In this document: one piece after another, positions 10,121-18,570 of the stretch
How positions within the stretch are numbered: position 1 is the stretch's first letter
Layout of the letters: every line of letters begins with the position of its first letter
NCBI GenBank assembly: GCA_965219235.1
Contig: OZ244721.1
Location: forward strand, 2,424,573-2,488,572
DNA length: 64,000 nucleotides
Reading direction: 5' to 3'
Source: Sphingomonadaceae bacterium
GTDB lineage: Bacteria; Pseudomonadota; Alphaproteobacteria; Sphingomonadales; Sphingomonadaceae
Notes under the pieces: generated by a model
The model's database searches: none
The model's input: only the letters and a program-made list of their open reading frames with translations
Told to the model about the DNA's origin: nothing
Translations under genes and position numbers: made by a program

Positions 10121-10204
10121 ATCGTCGTCGCGAGGAGCGAAGCGACGCGGCGATCCAGGATGCGCGCGCCGGTCCGGATGGCTTCGCTGCGCCCGCACCG
10201 ACGG
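10121..10204. repeat. REP-D palindromic intergenic repeat, copy 1
   Basis: ATCGTCGTCGCGAGGAGCGAAGCGACGCGGCGATCCAGG...CGGATGGCTTCGCTGCGCCCGCACCGACGG. Arm sequences are shared with the copies at 13392, 25891/26608 and 40571. Confidence 0.7.
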
Positions 10205-10253
10205 AGCCGGTCCGATCCAGCGTCATCCAGCACCAGGGTCAGGACCCATCATA

Positions 10254-10386
10254 GCCCTCTCCCGCAAGCGGGAGAGGGTTGGGTGAGGGTCTTCTTCCTT
10301 CTTCCTTCTTCCTTCTTCCTTGCGGCCATCGGAAGACCCTCGCCGCCGCGCCCCTCTCCCAGCCAACCGGGAGAGGGCTGGGGGGA
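10254..10386. repeat. REP-A composite palindromic repeat, copy 1 (subfamily i)
   Basis: Terminal hairpins CCCTCTCCC-GCAAGC-GGGAGAGGG (10255-10278) and CCCTCTCCC-N8-GGGAGAGGG (10352-10377) flank the inner inverted repeat GGGTGAGGGTCTTC...GAAGACCCTC. Confidence 0.8.
10291..10321. repeat. 7-bp microsatellite (CTTCTTC)x4.4 inside REP-A copy 1
   Basis: Read directly: CTTCTTC CTTCTTC CTTCTTC CTTCTTC CTT. The sister copy at 37629-37760 has a single GTCTTCC at the equivalent place. Confidence 0.9.
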
Positions 10387-10402
10387 GCAACAGATCCCGA
10401 CC

Positions 10403-11077
10403 CTAGCGGCCCAGCACCGTCAGGATCGCGGCGAGCGCGCGCGGGTCGCTGACGAAGCCCATGTGCGTGCAGTCGACCTCCACCGCCTCGTCGCGGTCGC
10501 CCGCCAGCCCCGCCGCGCTGACCGGCGGCACCACGCCGTCGCGCCGGCTCCACAGCGCCACGGTGGGCTGCGGCGGGCGGCCGCCGTCCAGCGGCACGGG
10601 CGGCGCGTCCACCGGATGGCCCGCCACCCGCTCGTAGAGCCGCCAGGCGTGGTTGGCGCGCAGGTCGCCGGCGATGGGAGAGCCCAGCGTCACCACCCGG
10701 TCCACCGCCGCCCCGGCGCGCTTGGCCGCCTCGCGCGCGAACAGGCCGCCCAGGCTCCAGCCGACGAGCGCCACGGGCCGGTCGTAGCGCGCGTGGATCG
10801 CCGCGATCCGCTCGCCGATGTCGTCCAGCGTGCGCGCGGTCGCGCCCAGGTTGCGACCCTGCTGCCACCGCTTGGCGCGGTAGTTGGCGCGGCGCAGCGT
10901 GCGCGCCAGCAGCGACATGCGCGCCTCGTCGGCCAGGAAGCCGGGCAGCAGCAGCACCGGCCGGCCGCCGCCGTCGTGCCCCGCCGCCAGGTCCGCCGAC
11001 GCCTGCAGCCCGCGCCACCAGGTGAGCGGCGCCGACAGCTCTCCGAACAGGAGCGGCCAGGCGGGCGCCTGCGTCAT
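10403..11077 (-). CDS. alpha/beta hydrolase fold protein
   Basis: Internal ATG 11077 of ORF 10403..11707 (MTQAPAWPLLFGELS...). GWSLGG nucleophile elbow (GxSxG). The upstream part of the listed ORF is an Arg-rich off-context extension overlapping the dsbA-like gene. Confidence 0.7.
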   Translation of the reverse strand: MTQAPAWPLLFGELSAPLTWWRGLQASADLAAGHDGGGRPVLLLPGFLADEARMSLLARTLRRANYRAKRWQQGRNLGATARTLDDIGERIAAIHARYDRPVALVGWSLGGLFAREAAKRAGAAVDRVVTLGSPIAGDLRANHAWRLYERVAGHPVDAPPVPLDGGRPPQPTVALWSRRDGVVPPVSAAGLAGDRDEAVEVDCTHMGFVSDPRALAAILTVLGR

Positions 11078-11094
11078 CGCCGGCGGCGCCGCGC

Positions 11095-11835
11095 TCAGCC
11101 CTTGCGCGCGCCGGCGCGGGTCAGCGCCGGCTCGATCACCGACCAGGCGGTGCCGTCGATCTTGCGCCCGTCGATGAGGAAGGTCGGCGTGCCCTGGATG
11201 TCGTACGCGCTCGCCGCCTCGCTCGTCGCCCGGCTCAGCTGTTCGCCTGCCTTGGTGTCGGCCAGGCACCGCGCCTGCGCCTGGGTGCTCAGCCCCCGGC
11301 TGGCGAACCAGCCGTCGAGGCCCAGCGCCTGGGTGATGGCGCGCGACTGCTGGGCGGGCGGGGCGGTCTCCAGCCCCTTCAAGCGCTCGTTCAGCCCGTC
11401 CACCTTGGCCATGAACCACTGTTTCTGGTCGGCGTAGAGCGCCTCGGTCAGCGGGAAGAACGCGCCGTCGGGCGCGCAGTGGGTCAGCTGCGCGGCGGTC
11501 AGGTCCACGCCGTCGCGGATGAAGTTGCGGAACTCGTAGGACACCGTGCCGCTGCGCACATAGTCCTTCAGCGCCTCGAACCCGGTGTTCGAGAAGTCGG
11601 CGCAGACGTGGCAGGTGAGCGAGCCGAACTCGGTGAGCTTCACCGGGGCGTCGGCGTTGCCCATGCGATAGCCGCCCTCGGGTGTGCGCGCGACCACGTC
11701 GGTCCATTGCTGTCCGGCGGGCGGGGCCACCGCGGCGGCGGTCTGGCGCGCGGCGGGCGGCGCGGCGGCGTCGCTCCCGCCGCAGGCGGCGAGCGCCAGG
11801 CAGGCGAGCGCCGGGAGGAGCGGGCGGACGATCAT
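11095..11835 (-). CDS. DsbA-family thiol:disulfide oxidoreductase, lipoprotein-type signal
   Basis: ATG 11835 inside ORF 11095..12585. MIVRPLLPALACLALAACGG signal/lipobox and CHVC thioredoxin-fold active site. The start overlaps the upstream stop (ATGA). Confidence 0.8.
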   Translation of the reverse strand: MIVRPLLPALACLALAACGGSDAAAPPAARQTAAAVAPPAGQQWTDVVARTPEGGYRMGNADAPVKLTEFGSLTCHVCADFSNTGFEALKDYVRSGTVSYEFRNFIRDGVDLTAAQLTHCAPDGAFFPLTEALYADQKQWFMAKVDGLNERLKGLETAPPAQQSRAITQALGLDGWFASRGLSTQAQARCLADTKAGEQLSRATSEAASAYDIQGTPTFLIDGRKIDGTAWSVIEPALTRAGARKG

Positions 11836-12494
11836 CGTGGGTCTCCGGTGGGTCGGCGGGAGGCGGCGGCGGCGGCCCGGATGGCGGCGGCGAGCGTCGG
11901 CCAGTCCCGGCCGTCGACCGGCAGGCCGGCGACGAGGGTGTAGGGGGTGCCCGGGATCGCGCGGGTCGACCACGCCTCCGTGCTCTGCGCCTCGAGCGCG
12001 CGCTGTTCGGCGGGGTCGGACAGGCAGGCGCTTGCCGCCGCGTCGGTCAGCCCGCGGTCGCGCATCAGCGCCATCACGCCCGCCCCGTCGAGCAGCGCCA
12101 GATAGGCGTCGGCGGGCGGCAGGGCGGCGAGCGTGGCGCGGTTGGCGTCCAGGTAGGCGCCGGCCCGGGGCAGCCACTCGGCCTGCGCGGCGAACAGCGC
12201 CAGCTTGTTGCCCGGATAGGCGGCCGGCCCCTGGCAGCGCGCCATAACGGCCACGCCGAAGTCGATCGGATCGCGCAGCGCGTGGCGCGTCTCCAGCGCC
12301 ACGAGGCCGCGCTTCACCAACGCCTCGAGCCGCGGCCCGGTCGCGGCCTCCTGCTCGGCGCAATGCGGGCAGGTGAAGGAGAGATACTCGACCACCCGCA
12401 CCGGCGCGTCGGCGCGCCCCTCGACCCAGGCGCCCGGTGGAGGCGTGTCCTGCGCGAGGAGCGGGGTGGCCAGCAGGGCAAGAAGGGCGAGCAA
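11832..12494 (-). CDS. DsbA-like thioredoxin-fold protein (second paralogue), secreted
   Basis: C-terminal 220 codons of ORF 11832..13430. Signal LLALLALLATPLLAQ and CPHC active site. The only in-frame start near the signal is TTG 12494, preceded by GGAGGAA, which is the terminus of REP-B. Confidence 0.65.
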   Translation of the reverse strand: MLALLALLATPLLAQDTPPPGAWVEGRADAPVRVVEYLSFTCPHCAEQEAATGPRLEALVKRGLVALETRHALRDPIDFGVAVMARCQGPAAYPGNKLALFAAQAEWLPRAGAYLDANRATLAALPPADAYLALLDGAGVMALMRDRGLTDAAASACLSDPAEQRALEAQSTEAWSTRAIPGTPYTLVAGLPVDGRDWPTLAAAIRAAAAASRRPTGDPR

Positions 12495-12498
12495 GACG

Positions 12499-12703
12499 TT
12501 CCTCCCCGGCACGGGGAGGGGGAGTGTCGGGTGGACAGGCCCCCGGCCTGTCCAGGATCGTCCGGGGGACGATCCGACCCGACACTCGAAGCGGTGGAGG
12601 GGTTTGCGGCAGGTCCGTCGGGACGCGCGGAGGTTGACCGTCGAGCTTGGGCCGACCCCTCCACCGCTCTGTGAGCGGTCCCCCTCCCCGTGCCGGGGAG
12701 GAA
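12499..12703. repeat. REP-B structured repeat, copy 1 (full length)
   Basis: Terminal inverted repeats TTCCTCCCCGGCACGGGGAGGGGGA / TCCCCCTCCCCGTGCCGGGGAGGAA. Internal nested stems: GAGTGTCGGGT..ACCCGACACTC enclosing two hairpins, and GCGGTGGAGGGGT..ACCCCTCCACCGC. Confidence 0.8.
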
Positions 12704-12718
12704 TATCACTCGCCCCCC

Positions 12719-13273
12719 TCACGACACTCTCCCCAGCACCGGCACCGCCAGCGGCGCGGGCGCGTCGGTCGCCACGCCGCGCGCCAGCGCCTCCAGCACC
12801 GCCTTCAGCTCGGGATCGGCCACGGCCTTGAGCGACTCGCCCAGCTTTGCGGGCACCGGCGCCAGCTCGCGCTCGACGGCGGCCGCCCGGCGCGGGGGCG
12901 GCGGCACCGCGCCCTGGCGGATCGCCACGCGCTCGATCGCCGGATAGCCGAAGAAGCGGTTGACCCGCTCCACGATCTGGGGGGCGACGTGCTGCAGCAT
13001 CGGCGCGTGCGCGCCGGCCGCGACCAGGTGCAGCACGCCCCGGTCGCGCGTGCCGCGCGGAAAGCGGATCGATTCGGGCGCGCAGGCCTCCGCGTAACGT
13101 TGGCCCACGATCTCCGGCCAGCGGGTGACGACCGCCGACTGGACGAAGCCGAAGCGGCGGAAGGCGACGCCGCCGACCTCGCCCACCAGATCGGCCACCG
13201 CGCGCGCCCCGCGCCCGCGCGGCCGCTCGCCCGCCTTCGCGCGCCGGGTGGAGGGAGTGCTTGCCTTCGCCAT
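12719..13273 (-). CDS. DUF721 (DciA-like) domain protein
   Basis: ATG 13273 inside ORF 12719..13390 (MAKASTPSTRR...). The AFRRFGFVQSAVVTRWPEIVG...VLHLVAAGAHAPMLQH pattern is typical of DUF721, and divergent placement next to mutY is common in alphaproteobacteria. Confidence 0.7.
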   Translation of the reverse strand: MAKASTPSTRRAKAGERPRGRGARAVADLVGEVGGVAFRRFGFVQSAVVTRWPEIVGQRYAEACAPESIRFPRGTRDRGVLHLVAAGAHAPMLQHVAPQIVERVNRFFGYPAIERVAIRQGAVPPPPRRAAAVERELAPVPAKLGESLKAVADPELKAVLEALARGVATDAPAPLAVPVLGRVS

Positions 13274-13391
13274 GCGACCGCCCCCATGCCAGAGCCGATG
13301 GCGCGCGTCGAGAATGTTGCGGGGAAGTCGGCCGTTCCTTCCCTCCCCTGTCGGGAGAGGGGCTTTCCGCCCGCTCCAGGTCGCACTCATC

Positions 13392-13461
13392 CGTCGTTGC
13401 GAGCGCAGCGAAGCAATCCAGCGGCGTCATCCTGGATTGCTTCGCTGCGCTCGCAACGACG
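13392..13461. repeat. REP-D copy 2: perfect 30-bp-stem palindrome
   Basis: CGTCGTTGCGAGCGCAGCGAAGCAATCCAG - CGGCGTCATC - CTGGATTGCTTCGCTGCGCTCGCAACGACG. The arms are exact reverse complements. Confidence 0.9.
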
Positions 13462-13491
13462 ACTCACCTTATACGCAAACCGGCATTGGTC

Positions 13492-14556
13492 GTGATCCGC
13501 CGACCCCCTGACGACTCCTCCATCGCCACCCCGCTGCTCGCCTGGTACGACGCCCAAGCCCGCGCGCTGCCCTGGCGCGTGCCGCCGGGCGGGGCGGTGC
13601 CGCCCGAGGGTCGACAGGCCCACGCCTACGCCGTGTGGCTGTCGGAGGTGATGAGCCAGCAGACGACTTTGGCCGCCATGACCCCCTATTGGCGGCGCTT
13701 CACCGGGCGCTGGCCGACGGTCGAGGCGCTGGCGGCGGCCGACGAGGGCGAGGTCATGGCCGCCTGGGCGGGCCTCGGCTACTACGCCCGCGCCCGCAAC
13801 CTCCACGCCTGCGCCAGGGCGGTGGCGGCGGACGGCGGGCGCTTCCCTGCGACCGCCGCCGGGCTGAAGGCGCTGCCGGGGATCGGCGACTACACGGCGG
13901 CCGCGATCGCCGCGATCGCATTCGGAGAGCCGGTCGCGGCGGTGGACGGCAATGCCGAGCGCGTCGCGGCGCGCGTCACGGCCGACGCGACGCCGCTGCC
14001 CGCCGCTCGGCCCGCCTTGCGCCGCATGGTGGCGGGGTGGGTTCCGCGTGACCGGCCGGGCGACTTCGCGCAGGCGCTGATGGACCTGGGTGCCACCGTC
14101 TGCACGCCGCGCGCGCCCCGCTGCCTGCTCTGCCCGCTCGCCGATCCCTGCCGCGCGCGGGCCGAGGGCGAGCCGGAGCGCTACCCCGTCAAGACCCCGC
14201 GCCGGGAGCGCCCGCGCCGCACCGGCACAGCCTGGTGGGTGGAGCGCCACGGCCGGGTCGCGCTGGTGCGGCGCGCGGCGACACGGATGCTGGGCGGCAC
14301 GCTGGCGCTGCCGTCGACCGGCTGGGACGGACGCGCCACCGACTGGCCGGAGGCGCCCGCCGGCACCCCGCTCGGCACCGTCGCCCACGGCTTCAGCCAC
14401 TTCACGCTCGATCTCGCCGTCGTGCGCGTGGCCGCTGGACAGACGCCGACGGTGTGGGAATGGTGGCCGCTCGACCGGCTGGACGGGGCGGGGCTGGCCT
14501 CGTTGTTCGTTCAGGCCGCCGCAATCGCCCGTGCCCATGAGGACGCCCCATGCTGA
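13492..14556 (+). CDS. mutY: A/G-specific adenine DNA glycosylase
   Basis: ORF 13261..14556 trimmed to GTG 13492, just after the palindrome. HhH-GPD motif LPGIGDYTAAAI. Fe-S cluster loop CTPRAPRCLLCPLADPC. C-terminal NUDIX-like domain. Confidence 0.9.
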   Translation: MIRRPPDDSSIATPLLAWYDAQARALPWRVPPGGAVPPEGRQAHAYAVWLSEVMSQQTTLAAMTPYWRRFTGRWPTVEALAAADEGEVMAAWAGLGYYARARNLHACARAVAADGGRFPATAAGLKALPGIGDYTAAAIAAIAFGEPVAAVDGNAERVAARVTADATPLPAARPALRRMVAGWVPRDRPGDFAQALMDLGATVCTPRAPRCLLCPLADPCRARAEGEPERYPVKTPRRERPRRTGTAWWVERHGRVALVRRAATRMLGGTLALPSTGWDGRATDWPEAPAGTPLGTVAHGFSHFTLDLAVVRVAAGQTPTVWEWWPLDRLDGAGLASLFVQAAAIARAHEDAPC

Positions 14557-15866
14557 CCGACACGCTCTCCCGCCGCCGCTTCCTCGCGCTCGCCGGAGGG
14601 GCGGGCGCGGCGCTGGCGCTGCCCGCCGCCGCCGTCCGGGCGCGCGGCGCCGAGGCGCTGCCGACGGCGCACGCGCTGATCGCCAGGCGCGTCGCGGCGG
14701 GCCGGATGGCGGGCGGGCTGGCGGCGCTCGGCCGGGGCGACGGGCCGCTGGTCACCGCGGCGGCCGGCGGGCTGATGCGCGGCGGCCTGGTGGAGCCCGA
14801 CGCGGGCACGCTGTGGCGGCTCTATTCGATGACCAAGCCGGTCACCGGCATGGCGGTGATGCAGCTGATCGAGGACGGCCGGCTGGCGCTCGACCAGCCG
14901 ATCGCCGAGCTGATGCCCGAATGGGCCGATCCGCGCGTCCAGCTGAGCGCCGACACGCTCGACGCGCGGCCCGCCAGGGGGCCGATCACGGTGCGCCACC
15001 TGCTCACCCACACCGCCGGTCTGGGCTATGTCATCGTGACCAAGGGACCGCTGCTCGCCGAGTACGTCCGGCTGGGCCTCAATCCGGGCGCGGTCAGCCG
15101 GATGGCGATCCCGGGCGTGCCGAACGTGCCCAACGCGCCCAGCCTGGAGGCGTTCTCCCAGCGGCTGGCGACGCTGCCGCTGATCGCGGAGCCGGGCGCG
15201 CGGTGGAGCTATTCGGTCGCCTACGACCTGCTCGGCCGGGTGATCGAGGTGGCGAGCGGCCGGCCCTTCGACCTGGTCCTGCGCGAGCGGCTGTTCGAGC
15301 CGCTGGGCATGGACGAGACCTACTTCCAGGTGCCGCGCGACAAGACCGACCGGCTGGCGACCAGCTACGCCGCGCTGGGCGGCCTGCTGATCCCGGTCGA
15401 TCCCGGCGCCAACAGCGTGTTCACCGACAAGCCCGCCTTTCCCTATGGCGGCGCGGGACTGGTCGGCACGGCGGCGGACTACGACCGCTTCCTGCGGATG
15501 CTGCTGGGCGGGGGCGCGCTGGACGGCGAGCGGGTGCTGACCAAGGCGACGGCGGATCTGGCCCTGTCCAACCTGCTGCCGGAGGGCGCGGACACCAGGG
15601 GCACCTTCGTCGCCGGGCAGGGCTTCGGCGCCGGCGGCCGGGTGGTGCTGACGCCGGAGCCCGGCGGCCCGTCCAAGGGCAGCTTCGGCTGGGCGGGGGC
15701 GGCCGGGACGATCGGCGGCATCGACCGCGCGCGCGGCCTCAGGCTCGGCGGCTACACCCAGGTGCTGCCGGCCGAGGCGGCGGACTTCCAGGGTCCGGTC
15801 ACCCGCGCGCTGATCGCCGACAGCGGAGTCGCGGTCCCGCCGGCCGAGGGCGCGCCCGCTGCCTGA
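14550..15866 (+). CDS. serine hydrolase, beta-lactamase/transpeptidase-like family, Tat signal
   Basis: MLTDTLSRRRFLALAGGAGA twin-arginine signal and S-x-x-K motif (YSMTKP). The start overlaps the mutY stop (ATGCTGA). Confidence 0.85.
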   Translation: MLTDTLSRRRFLALAGGAGAALALPAAAVRARGAEALPTAHALIARRVAAGRMAGGLAALGRGDGPLVTAAAGGLMRGGLVEPDAGTLWRLYSMTKPVTGMAVMQLIEDGRLALDQPIAELMPEWADPRVQLSADTLDARPARGPITVRHLLTHTAGLGYVIVTKGPLLAEYVRLGLNPGAVSRMAIPGVPNVPNAPSLEAFSQRLATLPLIAEPGARWSYSVAYDLLGRVIEVASGRPFDLVLRERLFEPLGMDETYFQVPRDKTDRLATSYAALGGLLIPVDPGANSVFTDKPAFPYGGAGLVGTAADYDRFLRMLLGGGALDGERVLTKATADLALSNLLPEGADTRGTFVAGQGFGAGGRVVLTPEPGGPSKGSFGWAGAAGTIGGIDRARGLRLGGYTQVLPAEAADFQGPVTRALIADSGVAVPPAEGAPAA

Positions 15867-15921
15867 CGCGGGACTGGCGCCGCCGTTCTTCACCGGCGGC
15901 CCGCTCGACCGGGCGGACGCG

Positions 15922-16758
15922 GTGCGCTCCGATCCGGCGGCGGTGGCGGCGCTCCTGGCGCACCCGGACAGCCGCGCGCTGACGATGCGCGGGCTGGAGC
16001 CGGCGCTCGAAGGCGGCGCGCTCGGCTGGCGGCGGATCGGAGCGGGCGAGCACCTGCTGCTCGGACTGGCCGACGGCGCCGCGCGCTTCGTGGCGGTGCC
16101 CGACGACCTCGACGCCCGGTCGCCGGCCGGCCCGGCGGACTGGCGCGCGCTGGCCGAGCTGTCGCCCGCCGACGCGGCGATCTGGGGCGCGGCGCGCTCG
16201 CTCCTCGCCTGGCACGCCCGCCACCGCTTCTGCTCGGTGTGCGGCGCCGCCAGCGCGCTGGCCAAGGCGGGCTGGGCGCGCGCGTGCCCGGCCTGCGGCT
16301 CCGAGCACTTCCCGCGCGTCGATCCCGTCGTCATCATGCTCGCGGTCCACGGCGACACGGCGCTGCTCGGCCGCCAGCCGCGCTTTCCGCCGCGCCGCTA
16401 CTCCGCGCTCGCGGGCTTCGTGGAGCCCGGCGAATCGCTGGAGGAGGCGGTGCGGCGCGAGGTGATGGAGGAGGCGGGCATACCCGTGGCCGAGGTCGTC
16501 TACCTCGCCAGCCAGCCCTGGCCGTTCCCGTCCTCGCTGATGGTCGCCTGCCTGGCGCGCGCCACCGGCACCGCCATCGCGCTGGACGAGCGCGAGCTGG
16601 ACGACGCGCGCTGGTTCTCGCGCGCCGAGGTGGCCGCCGCGCTGGCCGGCGAGCCCGACGCCCCCTTCCTGGCGCCCCCGCCCTTCGCCATCGCACACAC
16701 GCTGTTGGCGGCGTGGCTGGACACCGCCCCGCTTGCCGCTCCGGAGCCGACGGACTAG
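15922..16758 (+). CDS. nudC: NAD(+) diphosphatase (NADH pyrophosphatase)
   Basis: Zinc ribbon CSVCG...CPACG followed by Nudix box GFVEPGESLEEAVRREVMEEAGI. GTG 15922 is the first canonical start, so the N-terminus is uncertain. Confidence 0.8.
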   Translation: MRSDPAAVAALLAHPDSRALTMRGLEPALEGGALGWRRIGAGEHLLLGLADGAARFVAVPDDLDARSPAGPADWRALAELSPADAAIWGAARSLLAWHARHRFCSVCGAASALAKAGWARACPACGSEHFPRVDPVVIMLAVHGDTALLGRQPRFPPRRYSALAGFVEPGESLEEAVRREVMEEAGIPVAEVVYLASQPWPFPSSLMVACLARATGTAIALDERELDDARWFSRAEVAAALAGEPDAPFLAPPPFAIAHTLLAAWLDTAPLAAPEPTD

Positions 16759-16811
16759 GGGAACGCGTTGAAAAGGCGGCCGCGCGCCGCCCTGCCACCG
16801 ACGAGGACCAG

Positions 16812-17489
16812 ATGGGCGACAAGTTCAACACGATCGCGGGCTGGGTGCTCGCCGCCGGCATCGTGGCGCTCGGCTCGACGATCGCGGCCGGCAAGTACTT
16901 CAACGACGAGCCGCCCGAGACGCCGGGCTATCCCATCGCCGGCGTGGTCGAGGAGGGCGCGGGCGGCGCGGCCGCCGACGCCGGCCCTCCGTTCGAGACG
17001 CTGCTGGCCTCCGCCGACCCGGCCAAGGGCGCCGAGGTGTTCAAGAAATGCACCGCGTGCCACACCATCGCCAAGGGCGGCCCGGACGGCACCGGTCCCA
17101 ATCTGTGGAACGTGGTCGGCGAGAATCACGGGCACGAGGCGGGCTTCGCCTACTCCGCCGCGCTCAAGGGCGTCCCGGGTCCGTGGACCTTCGACGCGCT
17201 CAACGAGTGGCTGACCTCCCCGCGCAAATACGCGCCGGGCACCAAGATGACCTTCGCCGGCCTGTCGAAGACGGAGGATCGGGCCAACGTGATCGCCTAT
17301 CTCAACCAGAACAACGACAGCCCCAAGCCGCTGCCGGCGGCGCCGGCCCCGGGCGCGGCGACGCCGGCGGCCGGGGCCGACAACGCCGCCGCCCCGGCCG
17401 AGACGAACGGCGCGGTCAAGGTGGACCCATCCGCCAACCCGGTCGATCCGACCCAGGTGAATGCGGCCGTGCCGAAGGAAAAGCAGTAG
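16812..17489 (+). CDS. membrane-anchored class I cytochrome c
   Basis: ATG 16812 inside ORF 16239..17489. N-terminal TM helix IAGWVLAAGIVALGSTIAA, heme motif CTACH, distal Met in GTKMTF, Ala/Pro-rich tail. Confidence 0.85.
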   Translation: MGDKFNTIAGWVLAAGIVALGSTIAAGKYFNDEPPETPGYPIAGVVEEGAGGAAADAGPPFETLLASADPAKGAEVFKKCTACHTIAKGGPDGTGPNLWNVVGENHGHEAGFAYSAALKGVPGPWTFDALNEWLTSPRKYAPGTKMTFAGLSKTEDRANVIAYLNQNNDSPKPLPAAPAPGAATPAAGADNAAAPAETNGAVKVDPSANPVDPTQVNAAVPKEKQ

Positions 17490-17498
17490 CGTCCTGAA

Positions 17499-17632
17499 GC
17501 CCTCTCCCCTTCAGGGGAGAGGGTTGGAAGAGGGGAACGGCACGGCGACCGGGTGCGCGCTCTCCAAAGATCGTGCCCCTCTCCCTCGCCGCTTCGCGGC
17601 TCTCCCTCTCCCCTGAAGGGGAGAGGGATGGG
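17499..17632. repeat. REP-A composite repeat, copy 2
   Basis: Hairpins GCCCTCTCCCC-TTCA-GGGGAGAGGGT (17499-17524) and CCCTCTCCCC-TGAA-GGGGAGAGGG (17604-17627). Fills the gap between two convergent gene ends. Confidence 0.8.
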
Positions 17633-17637
17633 TGCCC

Positions 17638-18519
17638 CTACTCCCGATAGAACGCCAGCGTCTGCCCCCAGGCGTCGGCCGCCGTCTCGACGAAGCGGAA
17701 CAGGCCCATGTCGGCCTCGCTGACCGTGCCCTCCGCCACCAGCGCGTCGAAGTCGATCACCCGGTCCCAGAACTCGCGCCCGAACAGGAAGATCGGGATC
17801 GGCTGCATCTTGCCGGTCTGGATCAGGGTCAGCAGCTCGAAGGTCTCGTCCATCGTCCCGAACCCGCCGGGGAACACCGCGACCGCCCGCGCGCGCAGCA
17901 GGAAGTGCATCTTCCTGAGCGCGAAATAGTGGAACTGGAAGGACAGGTCGGGGGTGACGAAGCGGTTGGGCGCCTGTTCGTGGGGCAGCACGATGTTCAG
18001 CCCGATCGACTCGCGCCCGGCATCCCGCGCGCCGCGATTGGCCGCCTCCATGATCGACGGGCCGCCGCCGGTGCAGACCACGAACTGCCGCCCGTGCTCG
18101 TCGTCGCGGCCGGCGGAGCTGGCGAGCCGGCCGAGCTCGCGCGCCTCGGCGTAGTATTTCGCCTTGGCCGCCAGCGACTGCGCCACCGGGCTCGGCTCCT
18201 GCCCCTCCGGCGGGTTCAGCATCCCCTCCGCCTCCTCGGGCGAGGGGATGCGGGCCGAACCGTAGACCACGAAGGTCGAGGCCACCCCCGCCTCCGTCAT
18301 CAACAGCTCGGGCTTCAGCAGTTCGAGCTGGAAGCGGACGGGGCGCAGATCCTCGCGCAGCAGGAACTCGGTGTCCTGGAAGGCGAGGCGATAGGCGTCG
18401 GACTCGGTCTGCGGGGTGGAGAGGCCCGCGCGCGCGGCGGCGGCGTCCTCCCCCGCGCGGGGAAAGCGGCGGTGGGGGATGTCCCCGGTGGGCGGGGACG
18501 TCTGGGGTGCGTCGGTCAT
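17638..18519 (-). CDS. LOG family protein (TIGR00730-type nucleotide N-glycosidase / cytokinin riboside 5'-monophosphate phosphoribohydrolase-like)
   Basis: GGGPSIMEAANRGA and PGGFGTMDETFE motifs diagnostic of the LOG family, with an extended N-terminus. Confidence 0.85.
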   Translation of the reverse strand: MTDAPQTSPPTGDIPHRRFPRAGEDAAAARAGLSTPQTESDAYRLAFQDTEFLLREDLRPVRFQLELLKPELLMTEAGVASTFVVYGSARIPSPEEAEGMLNPPEGQEPSPVAQSLAAKAKYYAEARELGRLASSAGRDDEHGRQFVVCTGGGPSIMEAANRGARDAGRESIGLNIVLPHEQAPNRFVTPDLSFQFHYFALRKMHFLLRARAVAVFPGGFGTMDETFELLTLIQTGKMQPIPIFLFGREFWDRVIDFDALVAEGTVSEADMGLFRFVETAADAWGQTLAFYRE

Positions 18520-18570
18520 CCGCGGCGCGCTAGACGCTCGGTCGCGTCACCTCAACGACAGAAGCGACGC

